NCBI GenBank assembly: GCA_965242725.1
Contig: CBDESZ010000022.1
Span: 77,100 to 141,099, forward strand
Direction of reading: 5' to 3'
DNA length: 64,000 nt
Source of the DNA: Alkalispirochaeta sp.
GTDB taxonomy: Bacteria > Spirochaetota > Spirochaetia > DSM-27196 > Alkalispirochaetaceae
The notes beneath the pieces are model-generated. The model did no database searches and had not been told where the DNA came from. It saw nothing but the letters and a program-made list of their open reading frames with translations. Shown here in pieces: positions 28,390 through 37,062 of this stretch (position 1 is the first letter of the stretch; every line of letters begins with the position of its first letter). The position numbers were made by a program, and so were the translations under genes.

Positions 28390-31300
28390 CCGGGAACTTT
28401 TGTCCCGTACCGGAGACGTAATGGCATGTCTCCCGGAGCGTTATTTTTCCGTCCATAGTGAAAAGGAGATTGCCGCTCACGCCCGGGCAATAGCCGAGCT
28501 GACTCAGGAGTATCCGGTCCGGATCGTGCAGGGCGAAGGCGATACGGAAGAGGTCGGTTTTACCGTTTGCACCTGGGATGCGCCGGGTCTGTTCAGCTAC
28601 ATTTGCGGTATTCTCGGTACCCGGGGACTGAATATTCAGGCGGGGGAGGTGTTTACCGGCACCAACGGATTGGTGGTGGACACGATTTCCGGCATCCTCC
28701 CGGAGGACACCGATACTTCCCGCTGGTGCGACGCTCTGGAGCGGGAGCTGGCAACGCTCTTTGTCCCCCTCCGGATGTCGCCCCCCGACGTCGACGCGGT
28801 ACGTATCACCGTCATGGAACGGGTGGCAAAGCGCTATACAACCCTTGCTCCCGAGCGGTCCACCCCCGATGAGGGAGAGCCGCTGCTGCCGATACGCATA
28901 ACCATCGACTCCGACGGCCCCCTGACCCGCGTCTCCGTAACTTCCCAGGACACGCCGTATTTTCTCTATTCCCTTGCCAGCGCCCTCACACTTCAGGACA
29001 TGTCGATCAAGCAGGTGGCAATCGAAACGACAAACATGGAAGTACAGGACACCTTCTGGGTGGAGCACGCCCGGGGCGGTCCGGTAACCTCCGAGAGCGA
29101 TCGTCGACGCCTGCAGCTCTCCATTCTGGTGACAAAGCAGTTCACTCACGCCCTCGACCAGGCCGCCGATCCCCGGGGCGCGTTCATCAGGTTTGAGGAG
29201 CTAGTACGCAAAGTTGCCGGCGACGGCAGCGAGGAGCGGCTCCAGAAGCTTTTAGCCGATCCCTCGGCGCAGCGTGAACTGGCACGTCTCCTCGGTGCAA
29301 GCGACTTCCTCTGGGAGGATTTCATACGGCTGCAGTATGAAAGCCTCCTGCCCCTGCTTCAGCAGGACCACAACCGCCGTCCCCTGAGCACGGCGCCGGC
29401 GGAGCTGCAAAAAAAGCTTGCCAGAGAGTTTGCAGATGCCCGGACGAGGGAGGAAAAGAAGGATCGCCTCAACGCCTTCAAAGATCGGGAGGCGTATCTC
29501 ATTGACGCGGATCACATTCTGCGACGGGATACGGATTTCTTCTTTTTGAGTCACCGTCTTACCGCCCTGGCGGAGCTTGTCGTCAGGAGGGCCTACGACA
29601 TCGCCTGGGATACCCTTTGCCAGACCTACGGCACACCCCGGAGCGCCGGCGGACTTCCGGCGGATTACGCGGTGTTCGGTTTGGGCAAACTTGGCGGAAG
29701 TGCTCTCGGTTACGCATCGGATATCGAACTCATGACGATATACAGCGATCAGGGTGAGACCGATGCATCGGAACGTCCCATTTCGAACCGGGAGTTCTTT
29801 GAGCGCCTCGTCAGGGAAGTGAGCGACCTGATCGATACCAAGCGGGAGGCGATCTTTGAAATCGATATTCGCCTTCGGCCCTACGGAGACGACGGTCCCC
29901 GGGCCGTCCATATCGAGAGCTTTCTCGACTATTTCGGGCCGCTGGGAAAGGCTCACAGCGCCGAACGACTCGCCCTCATCAGGATGCGTCACATCGCCGG
30001 AGACGAGGAGCTGGGCCGTCGTATGATCGCAATCAGGGATCACCTCGTCTACGAGACGGACGCAATCGACGTAGCCGAAATTCGGGAGCTCCGGCAGCGG
30101 CAGGCAGAGGATAAGGCCGGCGGCGGTCGCCTGAACGCCAAATTCAGCGCCGGCGCGCTGGTTGACCTGGAATACAACGTTCAGCTTCTGCAGGTTCGTG
30201 AAGGCCGGGGACATCGGGATATTCGCAACCCCGGTATTCACGCCACACTGCGCGCCCTGTCCGAGCTCGGCACGATAGACCCCGATGAAGCGGAAGGTAT
30301 GGTCCGGGCATACCGCTTTTTGCGAACCCTCATCAACGGTCTGCGCATGCTCAGGGGAAATGCACAGGATCTCTTTCTTCCTCCCTTCCATACGGTGGAA
30401 GCGGCGCACCTCGCCCGGCGCATGGGGTATCGTGATCGCGTCGACCAGTCCGCGGCGGAGCAGTTGCGCGTCGATTTTGAGGTTGAGACGGCCGCGGTCA
30501 GAAGTTTCGTCGAGCGGCACCTCGGTGAAGAGGCGCTTCCGGAACTCCCCGTTGGAAATCCCGCCGATCTCGTCCTCTCAGACCGATTGAGTGAAGAGCG
30601 GAGCGCCCTCGTCCTTGAAAGCGCGGGTTTTCACAACCCTTCCCGGGGGATCGTCAACCTGCGACGTATTGCCGGCCACGGCGCGGAACGGGAGATTTTT
30701 GCCCGTCTGCTCGTTCTTGCCTGGGACTATCTCACCCGCTCCGGAGACCCCGACATGGCGCTGAACAACTGGGACCGCTTCACCGAACAGGTGACCGACC
30801 GGGCGGCATTCTTTCAGGACCTTCTTGCCCAGCCGCGACGGATCGAAATGATGATCCTCATTTTTGCGGGGAGTCAGTTTCTCAGTGACACCCTTATCAG
30901 AAACCCCGGTTTTCTCGAGTGGATAAGCGATCCCGCCGTCGTAAACGGTCGCCGCAATGCGGCCGCGATGCGGCGGGAACTTTCGGACCAGATGGGAGAG
31001 CTGACGGAACGACATGAACGGCTCGATGCGATGCGCCGCTTTCGCCGGCGGGAAATACTGCGGATCGGGACGAAGGATATCTGTCTCGCCGGAGACTTCT
31101 CGGAAGTCGTGGAAGAGCTCAGTGATCTCGCCCGGGCGATCGTATCGGCGGCGCTGGACCACATCCTGTCGGATCAACCGGTGTTGCCGGGCCGCCTCTG
31201 TATTCTCGCCTTCGGCAAGCTGGGCGGAAACGAGCTCAACTACAGCTCCGACATCGATCTCCTCGCGGTCTATGAACCGGATTCCACGATCCACGACCAG

Positions 31301-32041
31301 GAGCGCGTCGCCGCAGCGGTATTCCGCCAGCTCGTCCGTGATCTCAGCGACTTTACCGTCCAGGGCCAGGTCTATCGCGTCGACCTCCGCCTCCGTCCCT
31401 GGGGCAACGCGGGACGTCTCGTCTACGCCCGTCCTGCGGCGGTGCGCTACTACAGCTCCGAGGCGGAGCTGTGGGAGCTGCAGGCACTGATCAAGCTTTC
31501 TCCGATCGCCGGCGACATCGCCCTGGGAAGGGAATTTCTCGATGAGCTCCACCGGCCCTTCGGCAAGCGGATCACGTCGGCCGGAAGAAAAGAGGTCCTG
31601 CGGACGATTCGCCATTTGCGGGGCCGGGCGATTCAGCAGTACGAGAGTCCGAACGGCACGGATATCAAGAACGGTCAGGGCGGTATACGGGACGTGGAAT
31701 TTCTCGTGCAGGCACTGCAAATGCTCCACCACGACCTCTATCCGGAGCTCCTGACGGGCAATACCCTCCGCGCGCTGGAAACGATGGAAGAGACGGGCAT
31801 ACTCGACGGCGCGACGGTTCAGGAACTGCAGGAGGACTATCTCTTTCTGCGACGAATTGAACACTTTCTGCAGGTATATGACGACCGTCAGCTTCACTCA
31901 ATTCCACAGGAGCCGGAAGCGCAGGCAAAGCTGCGTCGTGTCGTCATGGCGTCATCGGACGAAGAGAAGACACTGGTTTCCCGTCTTTCGGATACGCTGC
32001 AGCGCGTCCGTCACCGGTACAACTCAGTCATTGGAGAGTAG
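28361..32041 (+). CDS. glnE: Glutamine synthetase adenylyltransferase/deadenylylase with N-terminal tandem ACT domains
   Basis: Two nucleotidyltransferase motifs (GKLGGSALGYASDIE, GKLGGNELNYSSDID) and two D.RLRP motifs; N-terminal DAPGLFSYICG and DTPYFLYSLA ACT domains; adjacent to glnA. Confidence 0.9.
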   Translation: MQEKLKKALDRELLSRTGDVMACLPERYFSVHSEKEIAAHARAIAELTQEYPVRIVQGEGDTEEVGFTVCTWDAPGLFSYICGILGTRGLNIQAGEVFTGTNGLVVDTISGILPEDTDTSRWCDALERELATLFVPLRMSPPDVDAVRITVMERVAKRYTTLAPERSTPDEGEPLLPIRITIDSDGPLTRVSVTSQDTPYFLYSLASALTLQDMSIKQVAIETTNMEVQDTFWVEHARGGPVTSESDRRRLQLSILVTKQFTHALDQAADPRGAFIRFEELVRKVAGDGSEERLQKLLADPSAQRELARLLGASDFLWEDFIRLQYESLLPLLQQDHNRRPLSTAPAELQKKLAREFADARTREEKKDRLNAFKDREAYLIDADHILRRDTDFFFLSHRLTALAELVVRRAYDIAWDTLCQTYGTPRSAGGLPADYAVFGLGKLGGSALGYASDIELMTIYSDQGETDASERPISNREFFERLVREVSDLIDTKREAIFEIDIRLRPYGDDGPRAVHIESFLDYFGPLGKAHSAERLALIRMRHIAGDEELGRRMIAIRDHLVYETDAIDVAEIRELRQRQAEDKAGGGRLNAKFSAGALVDLEYNVQLLQVREGRGHRDIRNPGIHATLRALSELGTIDPDEAEGMVRAYRFLRTLINGLRMLRGNAQDLFLPPFHTVEAAHLARRMGYRDRVDQSAAEQLRVDFEVETAAVRSFVERHLGEEALPELPVGNPADLVLSDRLSEERSALVLESAGFHNPSRGIVNLRRIAGHGAEREIFARLLVLAWDYLTRSGDPDMALNNWDRFTEQVTDRAAFFQDLLAQPRRIEMMILIFAGSQFLSDTLIRNPGFLEWISDPAVVNGRRNAAAMRRELSDQMGELTERHERLDAMRRFRRREILRIGTKDICLAGDFSEVVEELSDLARAIVSAALDHILSDQPVLPGRLCILAFGKLGGNELNYSSDIDLLAVYEPDSTIHDQERVAAAVFRQLVRDLSDFTVQGQVYRVDLRLRPWGNAGRLVYARPAAVRYYSSEAELWELQALIKLSPIAGDIALGREFLDELHRPFGKRITSAGRKEVLRTIRHLRGRAIQQYESPNGTDIKNGQGGIRDVEFLVQALQMLHHDLYPELLTGNTLRALETMEETGILDGATVQELQEDYLFLRRIEHFLQVYDDRQLHSIPQEPEAQAKLRRVVMASSDEEKTLVSRLSDTLQRVRHRYNSVIGE

Positions 32042-32084
32042 CGCCGGCGGCGGACCACCCGGAGGTGGACCGCCAAACCCGGCG
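32042..32084. terminator. GC-rich hairpin between convergent glnE and glnA
   Basis: GGCGGACCACC-CGGA-GGTGGACCGCC (1 mismatch) inside CGCCGG...CCGGCG; no U-tract. Confidence 0.4.
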
Positions 32085-32095
32085 ATACAACGGAA

Positions 32096-33517
32096 TCAAA
32101 TGTCGTAATAGAGGGCAAACTCGTAGGGGTGGGGCCGGAGGTCAAGGGCCATCGCCTCGTTCTCCCGTTTGTATTCAATCCACGTCGCAATGACGTCTTC
32201 GGTGAAGACATCTCCCTTCAGGAGAAACTCGTGATCCTGTTCGAGGGCGTCGAGTGCTTCTCTCAGGCTGCCCGGCGTCTTGGGTACCGCCGCCGCCTCT
32301 TCTGCGGGCATATCATAGATGTTGCGGTCCAGGGGATCACCCGGGTCGATCTTGTTCTGTATGCCGTCAATCGCTGCCATGAGCATCGCGCTGAAGCCAA
32401 GGTAGGGGTTGCTCGACGGATCGGGACAACGGAACTCAAAGCGCTTCGCTTTTTCGCTGTGGGAGTACATGGGTATACGAATTGCGGCGCTTCGGTTTCG
32501 ACTGGAGTAGGCAAGATTGACCGGTGCCTCATATCCCGGGACGAGACGCTTGTAGCTGTTGGTCGTCGGGTTGGTGAAGGCAAGTATTGCCGGCGCGTGC
32601 TTCAGGATTCCACCAATCGCATAGAGTGCCGTCTGGGAGAGACCGGCATATCCGTCTCCGTAGAACTGGTTCTTGCCGTCTTTCCAGATCGAGAGGTGGG
32701 TGTGCATTCCGCTCCCGTTGTCCATAAAGAGGGGCTTGGGCATGAACGTGACGGTCTTGTTGTGTTTCCTGGCGACGTTTTTCACGACGTACTTGTACTT
32801 GGTCATGTTGTCCGCCATCTCAAGTAGCGGAGCAAAGCGCATGTCGATTTCACACTGTCCGCCGGTGGCCACCTCATGGTGATGGGCTTCAACGTTCAGA
32901 CCGATCTCGTCCATGATCACTACCATCTCGGACCTGATATCCTGCAGTGCGTCACTGGGGGGTACGGGGAAGTATCCCTCTTTGTAGCGCGGCTTGTATC
33001 CGAGGTTGGGACCTTCGTCCTTACCTGAGTTCCATCGACCCTCGGAAGAATCGATGTAGTAGTATCCGCTGTGCTCATTCTGGTCGTACCGGATGTCGTC
33101 AAAAATGAAGAACTCCGCCTCGGGACCAATGAAGGCGGTGTCGCCGATACCGGCGCTGCGCAGATAGTTCTCCGCCTTCCTGGCGATATTACGGGGATCT
33201 CTCGTGTAGTCCTCACCGGTGATAGGATCGCCAATGTTACACGTCATGACCAGCGTCTTGATTTCCATGAAGGGATCGATAAACGCCGTCTGCGGTTGAG
33301 GTTTTACGATCATGTCCGACTCGTTGATGCTTTGCCATCCGCGAATACTTGACCCGTCAAATCCGAGACCGTCGGTAAAACTCTCTTCGTCGATCTTGCT
33401 GGCAGGAACCGAGAAGTGCTGCTGCATTCCCGGAAAGTCCATGAATCGAAAGTCGACGATCTTGACGTCCTCTTTTTTGATTAAATCGAGCACGTCTTTG
33501 GCGGTCATATCACTCAT
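32096..33517 (-). CDS. glnA: Glutamine synthetase type I (adenylylatable GSI-beta)
   Basis: [45 protein letters not shown] adenylylation Tyr; GGGAGG RBS. Confidence 0.97.
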   Translation of the reverse strand: MSDMTAKDVLDLIKKEDVKIVDFRFMDFPGMQQHFSVPASKIDEESFTDGLGFDGSSIRGWQSINESDMIVKPQPQTAFIDPFMEIKTLVMTCNIGDPITGEDYTRDPRNIARKAENYLRSAGIGDTAFIGPEAEFFIFDDIRYDQNEHSGYYYIDSSEGRWNSGKDEGPNLGYKPRYKEGYFPVPPSDALQDIRSEMVVIMDEIGLNVEAHHHEVATGGQCEIDMRFAPLLEMADNMTKYKYVVKNVARKHNKTVTFMPKPLFMDNGSGMHTHLSIWKDGKNQFYGDGYAGLSQTALYAIGGILKHAPAILAFTNPTTNSYKRLVPGYEAPVNLAYSSRNRSAAIRIPMYSHSEKAKRFEFRCPDPSSNPYLGFSAMLMAAIDGIQNKIDPGDPLDRNIYDMPAEEAAAVPKTPGSLREALDALEQDHEFLLKGDVFTEDVIATWIEYKRENEAMALDLRPHPYEFALYYDI

Positions 33518-33605
33518 CCTGTACCTCCCGTACATTTAAGTTAGCCCGGCACCACAACTCGTCATAAATGTCGGTTGAACAGGCCAAAGCTACATTTATG
33601 TGGGT

Positions 33606-33634
33606 AATCTATACAAAAACGCCCGTTGTGTAAA
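33606..33634 (-). promoter_or_regulatory. sigma70-type promoter of glnA
   Basis: Minus strand TTTACA-N17-TAGATT with an AT-rich upstream tract. Confidence 0.6.
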
Positions 33635-33659
33635 GTGAGTTTTAAAAAAATACGGAAAA

Positions 33660-33677
33660 AGTGAATAAATATGTAGC
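33660..33677. promoter_or_regulatory. ARG-box-like site upstream of glnA
   Basis: agTGAATaaatATGTAgc; 13 bp (CATATTTATTCAC) identical to the site in front of argR. Confidence 0.55.
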
Positions 33678-33698
33678 CGCCCGCGGGGCGGCCGAGGG

Positions 33699-34289
33699 TT
33701 ACCGATCTTTGCTGCGGTAGTGGCGACGGAGAATAATGAGGTAATCGATCATGCTCGTCCAACTGAGAAGGACGGAAAGGCCGAATGCACCTATCGCGAC
33801 CCAGGGAAGCCCGGGCATGAGAACGTGCAGGTTCTGCAGGCGCAGATGCATGAGCATGAGCAGGCCGAGACCGGCACTCACCGCATACATGACCGCTTTC
33901 AGTTTGCCCCCCTTGCGCGCGGCAAGGGCGACGCCGTCTTTCATCATCATCATGCGGACAAAGATGATTCCCACCTCGCGATAGAGGATGAGAATGAACA
34001 TCCATACGGGCATTATCGAAAATGCCGTAAAGACGACAAAATAGGTGAGTCTGCTCACGACGTCGGCAAAGGGATCAAGCAGCTTTCCGAGATCTGAAAC
34101 GATCTTCTGTCGGCGTGCCACCATCCCGTCGAGCATGTCTGAAAGTTCAATGACTACAAAGAGAATCCACAGGAGGATTGTCGTTATCAGGGCAAAACGA
34201 CCGGAGGTCCAATAGGGCAGAAAGGCGGCGACAAAGAAAAGGGGGCTTAAATAGAGTCGAAGACTGGTAATAAAATTGGCGACATTCAC
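33699..34289 (-). CDS. pgsA: CDP-diacylglycerol--glycerol-3-phosphate phosphatidyltransferase
   Basis: N.IT..R, SD.LDG.VAR, GKLLDPFAD, RE, GKLKA. Confidence 0.9.
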   Translation of the reverse strand: MNVANFITSLRLYLSPLFFVAAFLPYWTSGRFALITTILLWILFVVIELSDMLDGMVARRQKIVSDLGKLLDPFADVVSRLTYFVVFTAFSIMPVWMFILILYREVGIIFVRMMMMKDGVALAARKGGKLKAVMYAVSAGLGLLMLMHLRLQNLHVLMPGLPWVAIGAFGLSVLLSWTSMIDYLIILRRHYRSKDR

Positions 34290-34295
34290 AGGAGG

Positions 34296-34324
34296 ATGCT
34301 ACGAGGGGCACCGGAAACTGTCAA
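34296..34324 (-). promoter_or_regulatory. sigma70 promoter of pgsA, leaderless geometry
   Basis: TTGACA-N17-TAGCAT-N6-GTG. Confidence 0.65.
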
Positions 34325-34336
34325 CCGTCCCGGCAA

Positions 34337-34636
34337 TCAACCGCCCCCGGCGGCAAATGCGGCAAGGTGGCGCTGGAGGTTGTCAAACCGTCCCGAACCG
34401 AAATAGCTGTACAGCAGGGAGTACCCCTTCCGGAGGCGGCGATCAATCATACCCCGCAGGGCTCGCTGCATTTCACCCTGGGTTTCATAGGTGAAGTAAC
34501 GCTCGCTGGTCATAAAAAAATCACGACCCGAATTTACAGTCAGAGTATAATAGCCGAAAAGATTTCCCTGCCGGTCGGTGATCGTCACGTACCGGGTGCT
34601 CCCGTCTTCCATACGTTGATAGAGCGTTACCATCAT
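34337..34636 (-). CDS. Small WGR-like domain protein
   Basis: RY.....Q.NLFG.Y.L....GR ... RRLRKGY pattern, with SGR in place of WGR. Confidence 0.55.
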   Translation of the reverse strand: MMVTLYQRMEDGSTRYVTITDRQGNLFGYYTLTVNSGRDFFMTSERYFTYETQGEMQRALRGMIDRRLRKGYSLLYSYFGSGRFDNLQRHLAAFAAGGG

Positions 34637-34646
34637 ATATTAGTGA

Positions 34647-35558
34647 CTATCGGTCGGTTGATCCCGGAAGATGAGGCCCCGTTCCAACCTCGAGGGCATA
34701 TGTTCCCGGCTGGATGAATATGTCGTCTCCGACGGGCAGTGCCGCGCCATATGCGCGCGTCTGCACCGCGCCGGCGCGACGCAATACCGACAACAACCGG
34801 AACCTGAGGTCCGACGGATGATATCGGAACAGGACCGTACGGTCCGCCACCGACAGGAAAAGGGGAGTCCCCGCAGGAGGGAGCCACCACAGACAGGGAG
34901 GTACATCGGTCACGACCAGAGCGAACTCGACCCTTCCCTCCAGGGGGATCGTTGCGACGGACGGCCACGGCCCCGGAACCTCTTCCCGGGAGGGATCGCT
35001 GTATTCCGGCCGGTATGAAAGCTCGCCGTTCAGCGGCAGAAGAGAAACATGCAGAACGTCACTGACACCGCGGCTGACCCGTATGAGGGCAATACCTGTT
35101 GAGAGCTCGTGGAATGGATAGTCGCCTCCTTCAAGGTGAGTCAGCCTGACGTCAATCTCATCCGAAGGGGAGTGTAAAAAAGAGCTCACCGTCGGCCAGA
35201 GAAAAAGGGGAGGAACGATCACACCGACAATGAGCAGGGTTAGGATCACCTTGCCCCACCACCGGGCAAGAAGGAACAGCACCGTGACGACGAAGGCACC
35301 GACGACGGTTGCGCCTGCGGCAATCGGTCTCGACAGCGCCGCAGCACCTCCCTCACCTCCGAGGGCGGGCATGATAATGGCGACGGCGACAACTGCCGCT
35401 GCGAGAGCGTACTCGCTGCTGCGCCCGCGACGTGCGAAACCGCCGTGCCGCCGCGCCTTCCGGCGAATCAGAAGGGCCGCAGCCCACCCCCAGAAGATGC
35501 CCGATATCGTCAGGAGGAAAAAAGGATGACCTGTGAGGAATTTTGCCACAGACGGCAC
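34647..35558 (-). CDS. Hypothetical membrane protein
   Basis: Four N-terminal hydrophobic segments; fills the gap downstream of the M32 peptidase. Confidence 0.55.
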   Translation of the reverse strand: MPSVAKFLTGHPFFLLTISGIFWGWAAALLIRRKARRHGGFARRGRSSEYALAAAVVAVAIIMPALGGEGGAAALSRPIAAGATVVGAFVVTVLFLLARWWGKVILTLLIVGVIVPPLFLWPTVSSFLHSPSDEIDVRLTHLEGGDYPFHELSTGIALIRVSRGVSDVLHVSLLPLNGELSYRPEYSDPSREEVPGPWPSVATIPLEGRVEFALVVTDVPPCLWWLPPAGTPLFLSVADRTVLFRYHPSDLRFRLLSVLRRAGAVQTRAYGAALPVGDDIFIQPGTYALEVGTGPHLPGSTDR

Positions 35559-35560
35559 CC

Positions 35561-37057
35561 CTAGAAGGAGTAAATCTCCCCGTACTTCTTTCGCAGATAG
35601 TCAAGAAAGAACCGCGGACTCACCGCCTCTCCCGTCAGCTCCTTCGCCAGTTCCCCGGCGGAACGCACCTTTCCGTGACGATGTATCCGGTCCCGCAGCC
35701 ACACAAGAACAGGGTCGGTTTTTCCCCGACGGACGCTTCCCCACAGATCTTCGATCTCCCGCTCCATAACGGTGAGAAACTGTGCCGCGTAGAGGTTACC
35801 AAGCGCGTATGTCGGGAAATAGCCGAAGGCGCCGAAGGACCAGTGCACGTCCTGCAATACCCCTTCCGCGTCGCGCTGCGGTTCAACCCCCAGAAAGGCC
35901 TTGCTCTTCGCATTCCATGCGGCCGGGAGGTCCTCAACGTTCAGATCTCCGGACAGGAGCGCCTGTTCCAGTTCAAAACGCATAATGATGTGCAGGCTGT
36001 AGGTGACTTCATCCGCTTCCACCCGTATCAGCGACGGACGGACGCTGTTAATGCCCCGATAAAAAGCCTCAAGGTCCACTCCCTTTACCTGGTCGGGAAA
36101 GATCTCCGCGAGCTCGGGAAGCCAGTGGTGCCAGAAGTCGCGACTGCGACCGATTATATTTTCCCACATGCGACTCTGTGATTCATGGATGCCCAGACTC
36201 GTACCCTCCGCGAGGAGGGTGCCGTGGAGGGCTTCATCAAAGCCCATTTCATAGAGGGCGTGCCCCGCTTCATGAATCGTTGAGAAGAGGCTGGAAGTTA
36301 CCATCGATTCGGAATAGCGTGTGGTTATACGAACATCGTGGGAACCCAGGGTTGTCGTAAAGGGGTGGGTACTCCGATCGAGACGGCCACGGTTCATGTC
36401 ATACCCCAGCGCGGCCAGCACCCGGCGGCTCATCTCCTCCTGCCCCGAAACAGGATAGTTCCGTTCCAGAAAGGTCGTATCCACCGGCGCGGCATCCTGT
36501 ATCGATCCAACGATGTCAACGAGACCGTCACGCAGCTCCGCAAAGACCGATCTCACTTCCGCGGTCTTCATATACGGCTCGTACTGATCGAGGAGCGCGT
36601 CGTAACGTGTGCCGTCGTGGCCGAGGGCGTCGGCCATTTCCCTGCTGAGATCAATCAGCCGGGAGAGCCATGGCTTGAACTGGGGATAGTCGTTCTCGCT
36701 CCGGGCGATAGCCCACGCGTGCTGACCCTTGCTGGCGGTTTCCGCAAGCTCCCGTACGAGCCGCGGCGGGACGCGCGTCGCCTGTTCGTACTGGCGGCGC
36801 TTTTCCCGTATGAAGGCGCGATCCCTTTCATCTGCGGGAGCGGTACCTCCGGACAGGAGGTCAAGCAGCTCCCCCACCCGCTCGGCCGTGTTCCGCTGAT
36901 GCACGAGACTCTGCAGGAGCGCCTGTTGTTCCGCACGCTCTTCAACCGCTCCGGCGGGCATGTACGTTTCCTGATCCCAGCTGAGAATTGCCGCGGTATG
37001 TTCAAGGAGGCGGGATTCCCGGTCCAGTTCTTTCAGTTCCGTTATATGACTGTTCAC
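35561..37057 (-). CDS. Carboxypeptidase M32 (Taq/Pfu type)
   Basis: WDQETYMP, HPF, DVRITTRY, HEAGH, HESQ, IRVEAD, QDVHW, GYFPTY.LG. Confidence 0.95.
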   Translation of the reverse strand: MNSHITELKELDRESRLLEHTAAILSWDQETYMPAGAVEERAEQQALLQSLVHQRNTAERVGELLDLLSGGTAPADERDRAFIREKRRQYEQATRVPPRLVRELAETASKGQHAWAIARSENDYPQFKPWLSRLIDLSREMADALGHDGTRYDALLDQYEPYMKTAEVRSVFAELRDGLVDIVGSIQDAAPVDTTFLERNYPVSGQEEMSRRVLAALGYDMNRGRLDRSTHPFTTTLGSHDVRITTRYSESMVTSSLFSTIHEAGHALYEMGFDEALHGTLLAEGTSLGIHESQSRMWENIIGRSRDFWHHWLPELAEIFPDQVKGVDLEAFYRGINSVRPSLIRVEADEVTYSLHIIMRFELEQALLSGDLNVEDLPAAWNAKSKAFLGVEPQRDAEGVLQDVHWSFGAFGYFPTYALGNLYAAQFLTVMEREIEDLWGSVRRGKTDPVLVWLRDRIHRHGKVRSAGELAKELTGEAVSPRFFLDYLRKKYGEIYSF

Positions 37058-37062
37058 GCTTA

